Of a stretch of 64,000 nucleotides of DNA, positions 13,315-22,988 are shown piece after piece; within the stretch, counting starts at the first letter, position 1; each line of letters begins with the position of its first letter. This stretch comes from an uncultured Collinsella sp. (lineage in GTDB: Bacteria > Actinomycetota > Coriobacteriia > Coriobacteriales > Coriobacteriaceae). The stretch spans positions 422-64,421 of the forward strand of contig CABVAY010000007.1 of assembly GCA_902496455.1 (NCBI GenBank). The letters run 5' to 3'. Both the position numbers and the translations under genes were made by a program. The notes beneath the pieces were generated by a model that saw nothing but the letters and a program-made list of their open reading frames with translations, was not told the DNA's origin and did no database searches.

Positions 13315-14670
13315 TTAGCAGACGCCCTGGGCGAGCATGGCGTCGGCGACCTTCAGGAAGCCGGCGATATTGGCACCCATGACGAAGTTGCCCTCCTCGC
13401 CGTACTCCTTGGCGGTGTCGTCCACGTTGTGGAACATGCCGCGCATGAGCTGCTCGAGCTTGCCGTCGACCTCCTCGAAGGTCCAAGACAGGTGCTCGGC
13501 GTTCTGGCTCATCTCCAGGCCGGACACGAGCACGCCGCCGGCGTTGGCAGCCTTACCGGGCATAAAGGCGACGCCGTTCTTCTGGAAGTAGGTCGTAGCC
13601 TCGATGGTCGTGGGCATGTTCGCGCCCTCGCCGACCACCTTGCAGCCGTTGGCGACGAGCGCCTGGGCGTCCTCGAGCAGCAGCGTGTTCTCGCGAGCAC
13701 AGGGCAGCGCGATATCGCAGGGCAGCTGCCACACGCCGCGGCCGTCGCCCTCATGCCACGTGGCATTGGGCTTCTCGTCGACGTACATAGCGAGCGTAAC
13801 GCCCTTGTCGTGTCCGGAGCGCTTCTTGTTGTAGACATGCTCGAGCACGGTGTAGTCGATGCCGTCGGGATCCTCGACCCAGCCATGGGTGTCGGAGCAG
13901 GCGAGCACCTTGCCGCCGAGCTGGGCGACCTTCTGGACCGCGTAGATGGCGACGTTACCGGAGCCGTGAACGACGACGTTCTTGCCCTCGAAGGAGTCGC
14001 CGCGGCTCTTGAGGTACTCGTCCACAAAGTAGACCAGACCGTAACCGGTGGCCTCGGTACGGGCGAGCGAGCCGCCAAAGGAGAGGCCCTTGCCGGTAAG
14101 GACGCCGGTCCACTCGTTGGTCAGGCGCTTGTACTGACCGAACAGGTAGGCAACCTCGCGGCCGCCAACGCCCAGGTCGCCGGCGGGAACGTCGGTGTTG
14201 GGGCCAATGTGGCGATAGAGCTCGGTCATGAAGGACTGGCAGAAGTGCATGATCTCGTTGTTGGACTTGCCCTTGGGGTCAAAGTCGGAACCGCCCTTGC
14301 CGCCGCCCATGGGAAGGGTGGTCAGGCTGTTCTTGAGGATCTGCTCCAGGCCCAGGAACTTGAGCATGCCCAGGGTGACCGTCGGGTTAAAGCGCAGGCC
14401 GCCCTTGTAGGGTCCAATGGCAGAGTTGAACTCGACGCGGTAACCGCGGTTGACCTGGACCTTGCCCTGGTCGTCGACCCAGGGAACACGGAACATGACG
14501 ATGCGCTCGGGCTCGACGAGGCGCTCCAGCAGGGCGGCCTCCTCGTACTCGGGGTGGGCGTCGAGCGCCGGCTGGATGGTGCCGAGGATCTCGGTCGCGG
14601 CCTGGATGAACTCAGGCTGCTCGGGATAGCGGGCCTTGAGCTCTTCGAGAACTTTCTGCGTGTAGCTCAT
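13315..14670 (-). CDS. gdhA: NADP-specific glutamate dehydrogenase
   Basis: 451 aa, GGGKGGSDFDPKGKS catalytic motif, GSGNVA dinucleotide fold, GGAGGAAGC Shine-Dalgarno sequence. Confidence 0.95.
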   Translation of the reverse strand: MSYTQKVLEELKARYPEQPEFIQAATEILGTIQPALDAHPEYEEAALLERLVEPERIVMFRVPWVDDQGKVQVNRGYRVEFNSAIGPYKGGLRFNPTVTLGMLKFLGLEQILKNSLTTLPMGGGKGGSDFDPKGKSNNEIMHFCQSFMTELYRHIGPNTDVPAGDLGVGGREVAYLFGQYKRLTNEWTGVLTGKGLSFGGSLARTEATGYGLVYFVDEYLKSRGDSFEGKNVVVHGSGNVAIYAVQKVAQLGGKVLACSDTHGWVEDPDGIDYTVLEHVYNKKRSGHDKGVTLAMYVDEKPNATWHEGDGRGVWQLPCDIALPCARENTLLLEDAQALVANGCKVVGEGANMPTTIEATTYFQKNGVAFMPGKAANAGGVLVSGLEMSQNAEHLSWTFEEVDGKLEQLMRGMFHNVDDTAKEYGEEGNFVMGANIAGFLKVADAMLAQGVC

Positions 14671-14927
14671 GCTTCCTCCAATGATGGGAAACGAAAAATG
14701 TTGGTCGCGGCACCCTATGCGCCGCGAACTTTATCGAGTATGGATAATATCGCACTATTGCAGCAAAGTTTCGCATAAGCCAACGAGCAGATGTTTCGTT
14801 TTGATTACGATGCAGGTAGAGGCGTTTTTGAGCACCTGACGTGCAAAACCCGTGTTTCAAACCTGTTTCGTCCACGTGTTCCAAACCACCACATTGGGGA
14901 CAGGCACCTTTGTGGTGGTTTTGGTGA

Positions 14928-15323
14928 TTAGAGGACGAGCTGGTGGTAGTCGGCAGGGGTTACGCGACCCTCGGTGGCGCCGCGGAAAGCGGCAAGGGCA
15001 TCGCCCGAGAACGGCATGGCCCAGCACAGCCCGCAGCCGGCGGTGATGGAGCCGGGCAGCGGCATGATGCGCCCGGGCACACCGGCGGCAAGGCACAGCT
15101 GCTCGCATTCCATCACATCGAAGGTGCTATCGAACGAAACGATGATCTTGCGTTCATGGTCGAGAGCATCACCGGACGGGCCTTCGCGGTGTGCATCGCG
15201 ATACGCCGCGGCGGCCGCTTCCTCTTCCGCAGTATGTCCACAGCCACCGCAACCGCAGGTACAGGGTTCGGACCCGTCGCAAGTGCAAGTTTCTCCCGTG
15301 TCGGGACAAATATCGTGAGACAT
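14928..15323 (-). CDS. DUF3343-type (putative Se/S carrier-like) protein with a Cys-rich N-terminal extension
   Basis: The C-terminal 75 aa align with the ORF at 43058-43309 (VPGRIMPLPGSITAGCGLCW vs LPGRTIPVPGEVAAGCGLAW). The N-terminus is ICPDTGETCTCDGSEPCTCGCGGCG. Confidence 0.7.
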   Translation of the reverse strand: MSHDICPDTGETCTCDGSEPCTCGCGGCGHTAEEEAAAAAYRDAHREGPSGDALDHERKIIVSFDSTFDVMECEQLCLAAGVPGRIMPLPGSITAGCGLCWAMPFSGDALAAFRGATEGRVTPADYHQLVL

Positions 15324-15338
15324 GGCAACTCCAATCGT

Positions 15339-15971
15339 CTAGGCGAGTAACTCGGCCGCCGCAAACTCCTCGGGCGTATTGACGTTCTCGAAGCAGAGCG
15401 TGGAACCGGCAACCTCGACAATCTGGGGCTCATCCAGATAGCCGGCATGGACCTGGTCGATCAAACAGCGGATGCGTTGGCGGTCCCGGTCGAGCAACTC
15501 ACGGGCAACCGGCGCGCAAGCTTGGCGGCGCCACACGGCGCACAGCGGCTCAATCCCCCGCTCCTCGCGCGGGACGCACACATCGAGCGGGCCTTCCTTG
15601 ACCCGATCAGAAAGCGCGCCGATCAGTTCTGGCGAGACGAACGGCATATCGCAGGCGACGATCGCCGCGAGGGGCAACCGAGCGGCAGCCAGCGAGCTCG
15701 CGATGCCACGCATGGCGCCCGCCGACCCTTCAAGGTCCGTTACCACGCGCGGCACAAGACCGCCAAATGCGAGCTCCTCAAGATAGGCAAGCTCGCTGGG
15801 ACGCGAGGTCGTCACGACCAATTCGCCGGCAACTTGCGCCAGCCGACCCAGCACGCGTTCGATGAGCGGCTCGCCGCAAAACAACATCCGCGCCTTGTCG
15901 CAACCCATGCGCGACGACAGCCCGCCCGCTTGGACGACGCAAGAAAGATCGGCTCGTCTTACGGTAGTCAT
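15339..15971 (-). CDS. mobA: Molybdenum cofactor guanylyltransferase
   Basis: AGGLSSRMGCDK nucleotide-binding motif and ACDMPF motif. The start is taken at ATG 15971 (MTTVRR). Confidence 0.8.
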   Translation of the reverse strand: MTTVRRADLSCVVQAGGLSSRMGCDKARMLFCGEPLIERVLGRLAQVAGELVVTTSRPSELAYLEELAFGGLVPRVVTDLEGSAGAMRGIASSLAAARLPLAAIVACDMPFVSPELIGALSDRVKEGPLDVCVPREERGIEPLCAVWRRQACAPVARELLDRDRQRIRCLIDQVHAGYLDEPQIVEVAGSTLCFENVNTPEEFAAAELLA

Positions 15972-16125
15972 ACGGCAAAACACCCCCATCGGCATGCTCG
16001 AAACCCGGTGCACGAAGCTAAATACAGCCGCCGAAATAGCGGCGCTACGAAAAGCTCATGCAAAAATAAAACAGCGCCTTTGCGGCACGCAGCAAGACCG
16101 CGAGCACAAAAGCGCTGGTAGCGTA

Positions 16126-16222
16126 TGGCGGGAACGTATGTGAATCGAACACATCCAAGACGTTTTGCACGCCTCGCAACGGTTTTGAGGACCGCGGAGC
16201 CCACCGGAGCCCATCCGTTCCC
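16126..16222 (-). tRNA. selC: tRNA-Sec (anticodon UCA)
   Basis: 97 nt: acceptor GGGAACG(G)/(A)CGTTCCC + G + CCA; 6-bp D-stem GGGCTC/GGGCTC with a CGGT loop; anticodon loop CC-TCA-AA; 7-bp long variable arm; T-arm ATGTG-TTCGATT-CACAT. It lies directly downstream of selA-selB. Confidence 0.85.
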
Positions 16223-16278
16223 AAGTGCGCCGGTATTTTACCAAACCGAAACGGCTCCATCCCAAAAAGACGAGCAAG

Positions 16279-16345
16279 AAGTTGCGGTGGAATAGTTCCT
16301 GTTTTTGCTGCCAAAGCCCCCAACTAGGAACTATTTCACCGCAAC
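16279..16345. repeat. REP-like palindromic repeat, family 1, copy 3
   Basis: AAGTTGCGGTGGAATAGTTCCTG ... TAGGAACTATTTCACCGCAAC, located between the selB stop and selC. Confidence 0.9.
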
Positions 16346-16371
16346 AGAGGAGACGGGGGCAGGTGACCGGC

Positions 16372-18339
16372 CTAGCGCAGGGAGCGCAGGCCGCCGGCAT
16401 CCTTGTCGAGCACCGTAAAGCGCACGGCATCCAGGTGCTCTAAGATGCTGATGGCGCGTTTGCGCGACACGCCCAGGGCCTCGCGCAGCACGCTCGTGGT
16501 GGCAGCGCCGCCGGCCGCCTCAATGGCGGCGGCGACGAGCTCACGCGCATGGGCCTCGGCAGCAGCGGACAGGGCAACGTCGCGTTCGACCTTAACGATC
16601 GAGCGGTTGAGCGAAAGCTCGCGCAGGGCACGCGTCATGGTGTCGCGACCGAGCTGCAGTTGTTCGCCCACCTCGGGAAGAGCCGGTGCATCCAGCCCGG
16701 CCTCGTCAAGAAGCGCGACGATCCGCTCGCAAGCCTCTCGCACCACGCGTGCCGCCGCGGCGGCCGAATGCGGATCGAATACCTCGGCGCCCTCGGCGGC
16801 GCACACGCCGCGCGAACAGCCCTCGGCAATCAGAGCCGCGGCAACGCCTTCATCAGCGGCAGGCCACGCAGCATGGGCAACGGCGCCGGGCGTAAAGCCC
16901 GTCTCCTTGGGAGCCGCCGCGTGCATGGCTGACAGGGTCGCCGCCAGTGCATCCATCGCGGCGTCGAGCACCGCAGCGTCCGCCAAGAGGTCCGCGTCAC
17001 CCGCGGCAAGCTTGCGAACGGAGCCCTGCGCCACCAACCCACGCAGTGCGGCATCGACCTCATCGACACCAAGGTCCAAAGCCTCGGCAGCATCAACCGC
17101 CGTAACCGGCAGCGTCTGCAGCGCCAGCCAAGCGCCCACACCGCCCGCGATATCGCCGGACTCGAGCGCCGCATACAGCGAACGCTCCCCTTCGGAAAGC
17201 TCGCGCGAGCGACGGCAGCGCGAAAGCAGCACACGCCCGCCGCCAATAAGCATCACGGGTGAATAGGACAGCACCACGACATGGTCCCCGGCACGTAGCG
17301 GCAGCGAGTTTTCTAAGCGCACCTGAACAATACGGGTTTCGCCCACCGCCATGGGGGCCTCGCCCTCCATGAACATGATGCGACCGACGACCTCGGCCGT
17401 ACCCGCCATCACGTGCACGCGCGCACCCGACTCGAGCACGCGCGGCTTGGTGCCCTCGCGGCCCAGGTAGGTGAACGTCATCATAAAGCGCAACGTCTGG
17501 CCAAAGCGGTCCGCCACGCCCAGCATCTCGCCACGGTCAAGCGCCGCGACACCGTCACCAACTAGGTTGAGCGCCACACGCTGACCAGGCAGCGCGCGCG
17601 GCGTATCGCCATGCACCTGAATCCCGCGCACGCGACAGACCGTGCGCGACGGCAAAGCCATCAGCTCGTCGCCCACCGCAACCGGCGCATCGTGCAGCGT
17701 TCCCGTTACGACAGTGCCGACGCCCTTAATCGTAAAGCAGCGGTCAATCGGCAGGCGCGGCGCGGCATCGGTGCGCTCGGCACGGTCGCGGCAGGCATCC
17801 CAGCAGGCACTTACCTGCTCGTCGAGCACCGCAAGCAGCCCGTCGATCCCCTCGCCCGTCTTAGACGACACGGGCACAATCGGCGCGCCCTCAAACACGG
17901 TACCCGACAAAAAGTCATCGACATCGAGCTCGGCAAGCTCGGTCATCTCGGCGTCGGCCAGGTCGCACATCGTCAGCGCGACCACCATATGCGTAACGCC
18001 CAGCAGCTCCAGCACATGCACGTGCTCGCGGGTCTGCGGCATCACGCCCTCGACAGCCGAAACCACCAGCACCGCCACGTCGATGCCCGTGGCGCCCTGC
18101 ACCATGGCGCGCAAGTAATGCGCGTGGCCCGGCACGTCGACCAGGCCAACGATCTTGCCACTCGGCAGTGCCAGCTCGCCAAAGCCCAGCTCCACGGTCA
18201 TACCGCGACGGCGCTCAACCTCCAGACGGTCGGGATTCTTGCCGGTCAATGCCTCGATCAGTGCCGACTTACCATGGTCAACGTGGCCCGCCGTGCCAAC
18301 GATAACGGGACACTCTACCAGCGCTTGAACCTCACTCAT
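16372..18339 (-). CDS. selB: Selenocysteine-specific translation elongation factor
   Basis: N-terminal GTPase GTAGHVDHGKS, DVPGH, and a long winged-helix C-terminal extension (655 aa). ATGA overlap with selA. Confidence 0.93.
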   Translation of the reverse strand: MSEVQALVECPVIVGTAGHVDHGKSALIEALTGKNPDRLEVERRRGMTVELGFGELALPSGKIVGLVDVPGHAHYLRAMVQGATGIDVAVLVVSAVEGVMPQTREHVHVLELLGVTHMVVALTMCDLADAEMTELAELDVDDFLSGTVFEGAPIVPVSSKTGEGIDGLLAVLDEQVSACWDACRDRAERTDAAPRLPIDRCFTIKGVGTVVTGTLHDAPVAVGDELMALPSRTVCRVRGIQVHGDTPRALPGQRVALNLVGDGVAALDRGEMLGVADRFGQTLRFMMTFTYLGREGTKPRVLESGARVHVMAGTAEVVGRIMFMEGEAPMAVGETRIVQVRLENSLPLRAGDHVVVLSYSPVMLIGGGRVLLSRCRRSRELSEGERSLYAALESGDIAGGVGAWLALQTLPVTAVDAAEALDLGVDEVDAALRGLVAQGSVRKLAAGDADLLADAAVLDAAMDALAATLSAMHAAAPKETGFTPGAVAHAAWPAADEGVAAALIAEGCSRGVCAAEGAEVFDPHSAAAAARVVREACERIVALLDEAGLDAPALPEVGEQLQLGRDTMTRALRELSLNRSIVKVERDVALSAAAEAHARELVAAAIEAAGGAATTSVLREALGVSRKRAISILEHLDAVRFTVLDKDAGGLRSLR

Positions 18340-19793
18340 CGAGCAATCGCCTTCTCAACGCACGCGACGAGCGTCGATGCCGCCGTCTCGATATCGCGGT
18401 CGCCAACGAGCGTGCGCACGTCAAACAAAATGCGATCGTGCGAGGTTCGCGTGACGACCGGCGTGTCGAAGTCCTGGACAAGCGAGCGCTTGAGCGCGTC
18501 GACTGTCAGGCGCTTGTCAACAAGACGCACGGCCACGCACATCGTGGGCAGCTCAACGGTAGGCAGCGAACCGCCACCGGGCGTCGAGGACTCCTCGACA
18601 ATCTCCAACTCAACGGCGCACGGGCAACCCGCCTTATCGAGCCCGGCGGCCATGCGATCGCGCAGCTTGCGTGCGCGACGCTCCAGATGAGCCTGCGGAA
18701 GCGTGAGCATGTTGAGAACCGGCACCTCGCGATGGGCAACATCCGCCCCGTCCATGTAAATGCGCAGTGTGGCCTCGAGCGCCGCCAGCGCGAGCTTGCC
18801 CGGGCGCAGGGCACGCATAAGCGGATGCGACCCGCAAGCCTGGACCAGATCGCGACGGCCCATGATAATGCCTGCCTGCGCGGCACCGAGCAGCTTATCG
18901 CCCGAGCACGACACCAGATCGAGCCCTGCCGCGACCGAAGCCGGCGTGGGCTCCTCACCGCCGCGCACCAGAATGTCATCGGGCAAAAGCGCGCCCGAAC
19001 CCTGGTCCTCGTAGAACAGCAGACCATGCTTGTGGGCCAGGGCGGCAAGCTCCCGAGAGCCCACTTCCTCGTGAAAGCCCTCGATGCGATAGTTGGAAGG
19101 ATGGACCTTGAGGATCATGGCCGTATCGGGCGTAATGGCGCGCTCATAGTCGTCCAAATGCGTGCGGTTGGTGGCGCCGACCTCGACGAGTTTGGCGCCC
19201 GAAGCCGCCATGACATCGGGGATGCGGAAGCTGCCGCCGATCTCGACAAGCTCGCCGCGGCTGACGATAACCTCCTTGCCTGCGGCATGGGTCGCCAGCA
19301 CCAGCAGTACCGCGGCGGCGTTGTTGTTGACCACGAGCGCGTCCTCGGCACCGGTGAGCGAGCGGATCAGCTGCGCGGCGTGCTCCTTGCGCGACCCGCG
19401 CGAACAAGTGTCCACACTGTACTCGAGCGTGCTGTACCCGCGCGCAACCTCGGCCACGGCCTTGGCGACCGACTCCGCGAGCGGGGCGCGGCCCAAGTTG
19501 GTATGGATGACCACACCCGTGGCATTAACTGCTGGGCGCAGGCTCGGCAGCGCAGAGCGATGCGCACGCCACTCGATGGCCGAGGCCAGGTCGCGCTTGG
19601 AACGCGGGGCGGCACCGGCACGAATCGCAGCGCGCTCCTCGTCGAGCTCGGCCGTCACGGCAGCATGGACCACCGCGTCACAGGTCTCCCCCGCCGCCTT
19701 CACCACCGGCCACTCGGCAAGCAGCTCGTTGACGGAAGGAATAGCGCGAAGGCGGGCGCGTACCTCATCGGACATGTTCTGGCTATCGCTCAT
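18336..19793 (-). CDS. selA: L-seryl-tRNA(Sec) selenium transferase
   Basis: 485 aa, PLP-lysine motif SGDKLLGAAQAG, NNNAAAV motif. Confidence 0.93.
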   Translation of the reverse strand: MSDSQNMSDEVRARLRAIPSVNELLAEWPVVKAAGETCDAVVHAAVTAELDEERAAIRAGAAPRSKRDLASAIEWRAHRSALPSLRPAVNATGVVIHTNLGRAPLAESVAKAVAEVARGYSTLEYSVDTCSRGSRKEHAAQLIRSLTGAEDALVVNNNAAAVLLVLATHAAGKEVIVSRGELVEIGGSFRIPDVMAASGAKLVEVGATNRTHLDDYERAITPDTAMILKVHPSNYRIEGFHEEVGSRELAALAHKHGLLFYEDQGSGALLPDDILVRGGEEPTPASVAAGLDLVSCSGDKLLGAAQAGIIMGRRDLVQACGSHPLMRALRPGKLALAALEATLRIYMDGADVAHREVPVLNMLTLPQAHLERRARKLRDRMAAGLDKAGCPCAVELEIVEESSTPGGGSLPTVELPTMCVAVRLVDKRLTVDALKRSLVQDFDTPVVTRTSHDRILFDVRTLVGDRDIETAASTLVACVEKAIAR

Positions 19794-19869
19794 GTGCGGC
19801 CTTTCAAAACCAAAGGTGAATCAATCGTTCGAACGTCAAACTATCAGCCAATTCGATCGGCTGAGTCAA

Positions 19870-21987
19870 TCAATCGCTATTATCCTCGCGCGCCGCGATC
19901 TTTTCCACGCGAACGGCGTTTTCCTGGGTGAGCGCGGCACCCGTCAACGGGTCCCAGCGCAGCGGCGTATGGTCGAGTGGGCCCACGCCCAAGGCTTGAG
20001 CGCCATCGGCATCGGCGCCAAACGAACGTCCGCCGGGGGCGGCCGAGGTGAAGATGCACGCCGGATGCAGATACGGCGTCGTCTCCACGCGCACGCGGTC
20101 GCGGCCCATATCGCTCACCAGCTCGACGACCTCGCCATTGGCGATACCCATGCGTGTGGCAACACCGGCATTCATCTGCACGGCGTCCAAGTCGGAACCC
20201 GCCTCGGCGGCACCTGCTGCCGCGAGCCTGCGCGAGGTATGCGATTCAAAGGGTCGATTGCCGCTAATGAGGCGAAACATCCCCGGGCTGGGCTCCACCA
20301 TGGGCGCAATCCAGTTGGGCACACGACCCATGCCGACTCGTTCCCATACGTCGCTTGCCAGCGCAATTTTGCCGCCGGCAAGCGGAATCACCGGCTCACC
20401 CGTGCGCGACGGCAGCGCCACGCCCGTATCGGCCCAGCCGCGCTCCTTGAGCTCGTCCAGATCGATCCCAAAAGGCGCCACCTGGGCAGCCGCCAGATCG
20501 TCAGACGTAAACTGGAAATACTCGCCCACGCCACACGCCTGCGCCAGACCGGCAAAAATCTCCCGACCGGGACGTGTGCCGTCATGCTGCACGGGCAGCA
20601 CGGCGTTGCGGTAGAACACGCGCGAATCGTTGGCGCCCACGACTGTGCCCACACCGCGGTCGGCCTCCAGATACGTCACGTCGGGCAGCACGAAGTCAGA
20701 AGCACGCGCCGTCTCGGACCAACGAATATCAATCGTCACAAGCAAGTCGAGCTGCTGCAAAATACCCAACCAAGCCTGTGCATTGCCATAGCCCGCACCG
20801 GGGTTACTGGCATAGACGATGAGCCCACGCAAATCGCCGGCAAGAATCGACTGACCGATGGTCGTGCACAGCCCGCGCACCGGATCGACCAGTGGATAGC
20901 GCTCGGACCCCAGCTTGGGCTCGCGCGGCACCGGCGGCGTCGCAAAGCGAGTGGGATCGAGGTCGCCCAGTGAAAGCGGTGTGGGCGGATTGAGCGCGCC
21001 ACCCGCATGTCCAATACAGCCCAGCAGCACATCGACCAAGCAGATAGCGCGTGCGGTCTGGGTGCTATTGGCATACGCGATGCCGATGCCACCATGAAAA
21101 CCCGCATCCACCACAGCGGCAGGCGCGGCGGCAGCGAGATCGCGCGCCGTGGCGACAATCTCTGCGGCCGGCACGTCGCACATCGATTCGGCCCACTCGG
21201 GTGTCCAAGCACTGGCCGCCTGCGCCAGCTCGTCAAAGCCTGTGGCGTAGCGGTCCACGAACTCGTGATCGTACAGGCCCTCGGCTACCAGCACATGTGC
21301 GATACCCAGCAGCAACGCCAGATCGCATCCAGGACGTACGCGCAGCCAGCGGTCGGCAAGCGCAGCCGAGCCACTGCGCCGGGGGTCAACCACGATAATC
21401 TTAGCCCCACGTCGACGGGCATCGTTGAGCGCATCAACGGCCCCCATCGTCGACGAATCGACAATGGAGCGCCCCAGATACATGATGCAATCGGTGTGCG
21501 CAAGGTCGGAGGCGGGACTATAGCCCAAGCTGTGCTCCCAACCGGTAAGTCGACTTACCTCGCAGGCACCGTCGGCACCGTACACGTTGGGCGAACCAAG
21601 CGCATGCATAAAACGAGACGCCCAGTAGCGGTCGAACGAGGGCACGCCGAGCGTCATACCCAGCGCACGAGGCCCGCGCTCGTCAACAATGCCCAAAAGA
21701 CGCTCGGCAATCTGCGCGAACGCCTCGTCCCACGAAATCACATCGAACCCCGAGCCATCCTGGCGGCGGCGCATGGGATGCACGATGCGGTCGCGCTCGT
21801 CAAACGGCATTGCCAGGCGATGCCGCCCGCGGGCGCACAGGGCACGCGCCGCGCACGGATGCCCCGGCACCGGCAACTCAGCCACCACATGCCTATCCTC
21901 AACGTGGGCCGCAAAGGCGCAATCGGCATAGCATCCCCCGCATGTGGTCACCACGGCGCGACCGCCACGCTCCACAGCAGATGCCAT
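19870..21987 (-). CDS. Cytoplasmic molybdopterin (bis-MGD) oxidoreductase of unknown substrate
   Basis: N-terminal [4Fe-4S] motif C-GG-C-YAD-C..(27)..C and a DMSO-reductase-family body. No twin-arginine signal and no FDH-type (U/C)H active-site motif. ATG 21987 was chosen. Confidence 0.75.
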   Translation of the reverse strand: MASAVERGGRAVVTTCGGCYADCAFAAHVEDRHVVAELPVPGHPCAARALCARGRHRLAMPFDERDRIVHPMRRRQDGSGFDVISWDEAFAQIAERLLGIVDERGPRALGMTLGVPSFDRYWASRFMHALGSPNVYGADGACEVSRLTGWEHSLGYSPASDLAHTDCIMYLGRSIVDSSTMGAVDALNDARRRGAKIIVVDPRRSGSAALADRWLRVRPGCDLALLLGIAHVLVAEGLYDHEFVDRYATGFDELAQAASAWTPEWAESMCDVPAAEIVATARDLAAAAPAAVVDAGFHGGIGIAYANSTQTARAICLVDVLLGCIGHAGGALNPPTPLSLGDLDPTRFATPPVPREPKLGSERYPLVDPVRGLCTTIGQSILAGDLRGLIVYASNPGAGYGNAQAWLGILQQLDLLVTIDIRWSETARASDFVLPDVTYLEADRGVGTVVGANDSRVFYRNAVLPVQHDGTRPGREIFAGLAQACGVGEYFQFTSDDLAAAQVAPFGIDLDELKERGWADTGVALPSRTGEPVIPLAGGKIALASDVWERVGMGRVPNWIAPMVEPSPGMFRLISGNRPFESHTSRRLAAAGAAEAGSDLDAVQMNAGVATRMGIANGEVVELVSDMGRDRVRVETTPYLHPACIFTSAAPGGRSFGADADGAQALGVGPLDHTPLRWDPLTGAALTQENAVRVEKIAAREDNSD

Positions 21988-22109
21988 CTCGATTACCCCT
22001 TTCACAAGCCAAACACAACAGGCCAACAGCCCGGCAACGAGTCCCAGACCCAAAAAGCCTCCCGCACGGCAACGCCCCGCGGGAGGCCCAACGTCAAACA
22101 GACGGTACC

Positions 22110-22949
22110 TTACGCCTCGGACTGCTTGGCGTAGATAAACCAGTAGCCGAGCGCGATCAGGACCGCGCCGCCCACGATGTTGCCCAGCGTGGCGGCGGAC
22201 AAGTTAAACGCAATGCCCGCGGCGTTGAGCGCATCGGCGCCGGCGACGTCGGCACCATAACCGCATGCATGCATCACGGCACCCATGGGCAAAAAGTACA
22301 TGTTGGCAACGCAGTGCTCAAAACCGCAGGCCACAAAGGCGGCAATGGGCAGCAGAATGCCCACAACCTTATCGACCACGGTCTTGCCGGCGGTACCGAT
22401 CCACACGGCAAGGCACACAAAGATGTTGCACAGGATGCCGCGGAAGAAGATCGTCACCCAGTCGATCGTCACCTTGCCGGCGGCGACGCTCACCATGGAG
22501 TTGGCGACCGCCTCGCCGTTGAGCTTGTAAATGCCGGCCATGTACACCAAAAAGACAATGAACAGGGCACCGACAAAGTTACCGACCCATACGACGACCC
22601 AAGCCTTGAGCATCTGAACCAAGGTGATCTTTTTGCTCTTGAGCGCGCACACCATAAGCGAATTGCCGGTAAACAGCTCGGCGCCGCACACTAGCACCAG
22701 CACCAGGCCCAGGCAAAAGCACAGACCGCCCACGACGCGCTGGGCACCCCAGCCCAGCGTGCTGTCGCTCAAAAACACCGTAAAGAACAGGCCGCCGAAG
22801 GCGATAAACGCACCGGCGAACATTGCCAACAGAAAGGCCTTAGCGACCGGCAGGTTAGCCTTGGTCACGCCGGCGGTCTCGGTCTTGGCCTCGATCGCGG
22901 CGGGCGCCAGGCAATCGGGAGCGGGATATTCTGCCTTGGAATCTGCCAT
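22110..22949 (-). CDS. focA: Formate/nitrite transporter family channel (FocA/FocB-like)
   Basis: Six-TM FNT fold with GAELFTGN and FEHCVANM signature stretches. It sits at the distal end of the hyf operon, as focB does in E. coli. Confidence 0.85.
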   Translation of the reverse strand: MADSKAEYPAPDCLAPAAIEAKTETAGVTKANLPVAKAFLLAMFAGAFIAFGGLFFTVFLSDSTLGWGAQRVVGGLCFCLGLVLVLVCGAELFTGNSLMVCALKSKKITLVQMLKAWVVVWVGNFVGALFIVFLVYMAGIYKLNGEAVANSMVSVAAGKVTIDWVTIFFRGILCNIFVCLAVWIGTAGKTVVDKVVGILLPIAAFVACGFEHCVANMYFLPMGAVMHACGYGADVAGADALNAAGIAFNLSAATLGNIVGGAVLIALGYWFIYAKQSEA

Positions 22950-22988
22950 GTCAATCACTTCTTTCCTATTCAGCAGAGGCAAGCGCTG

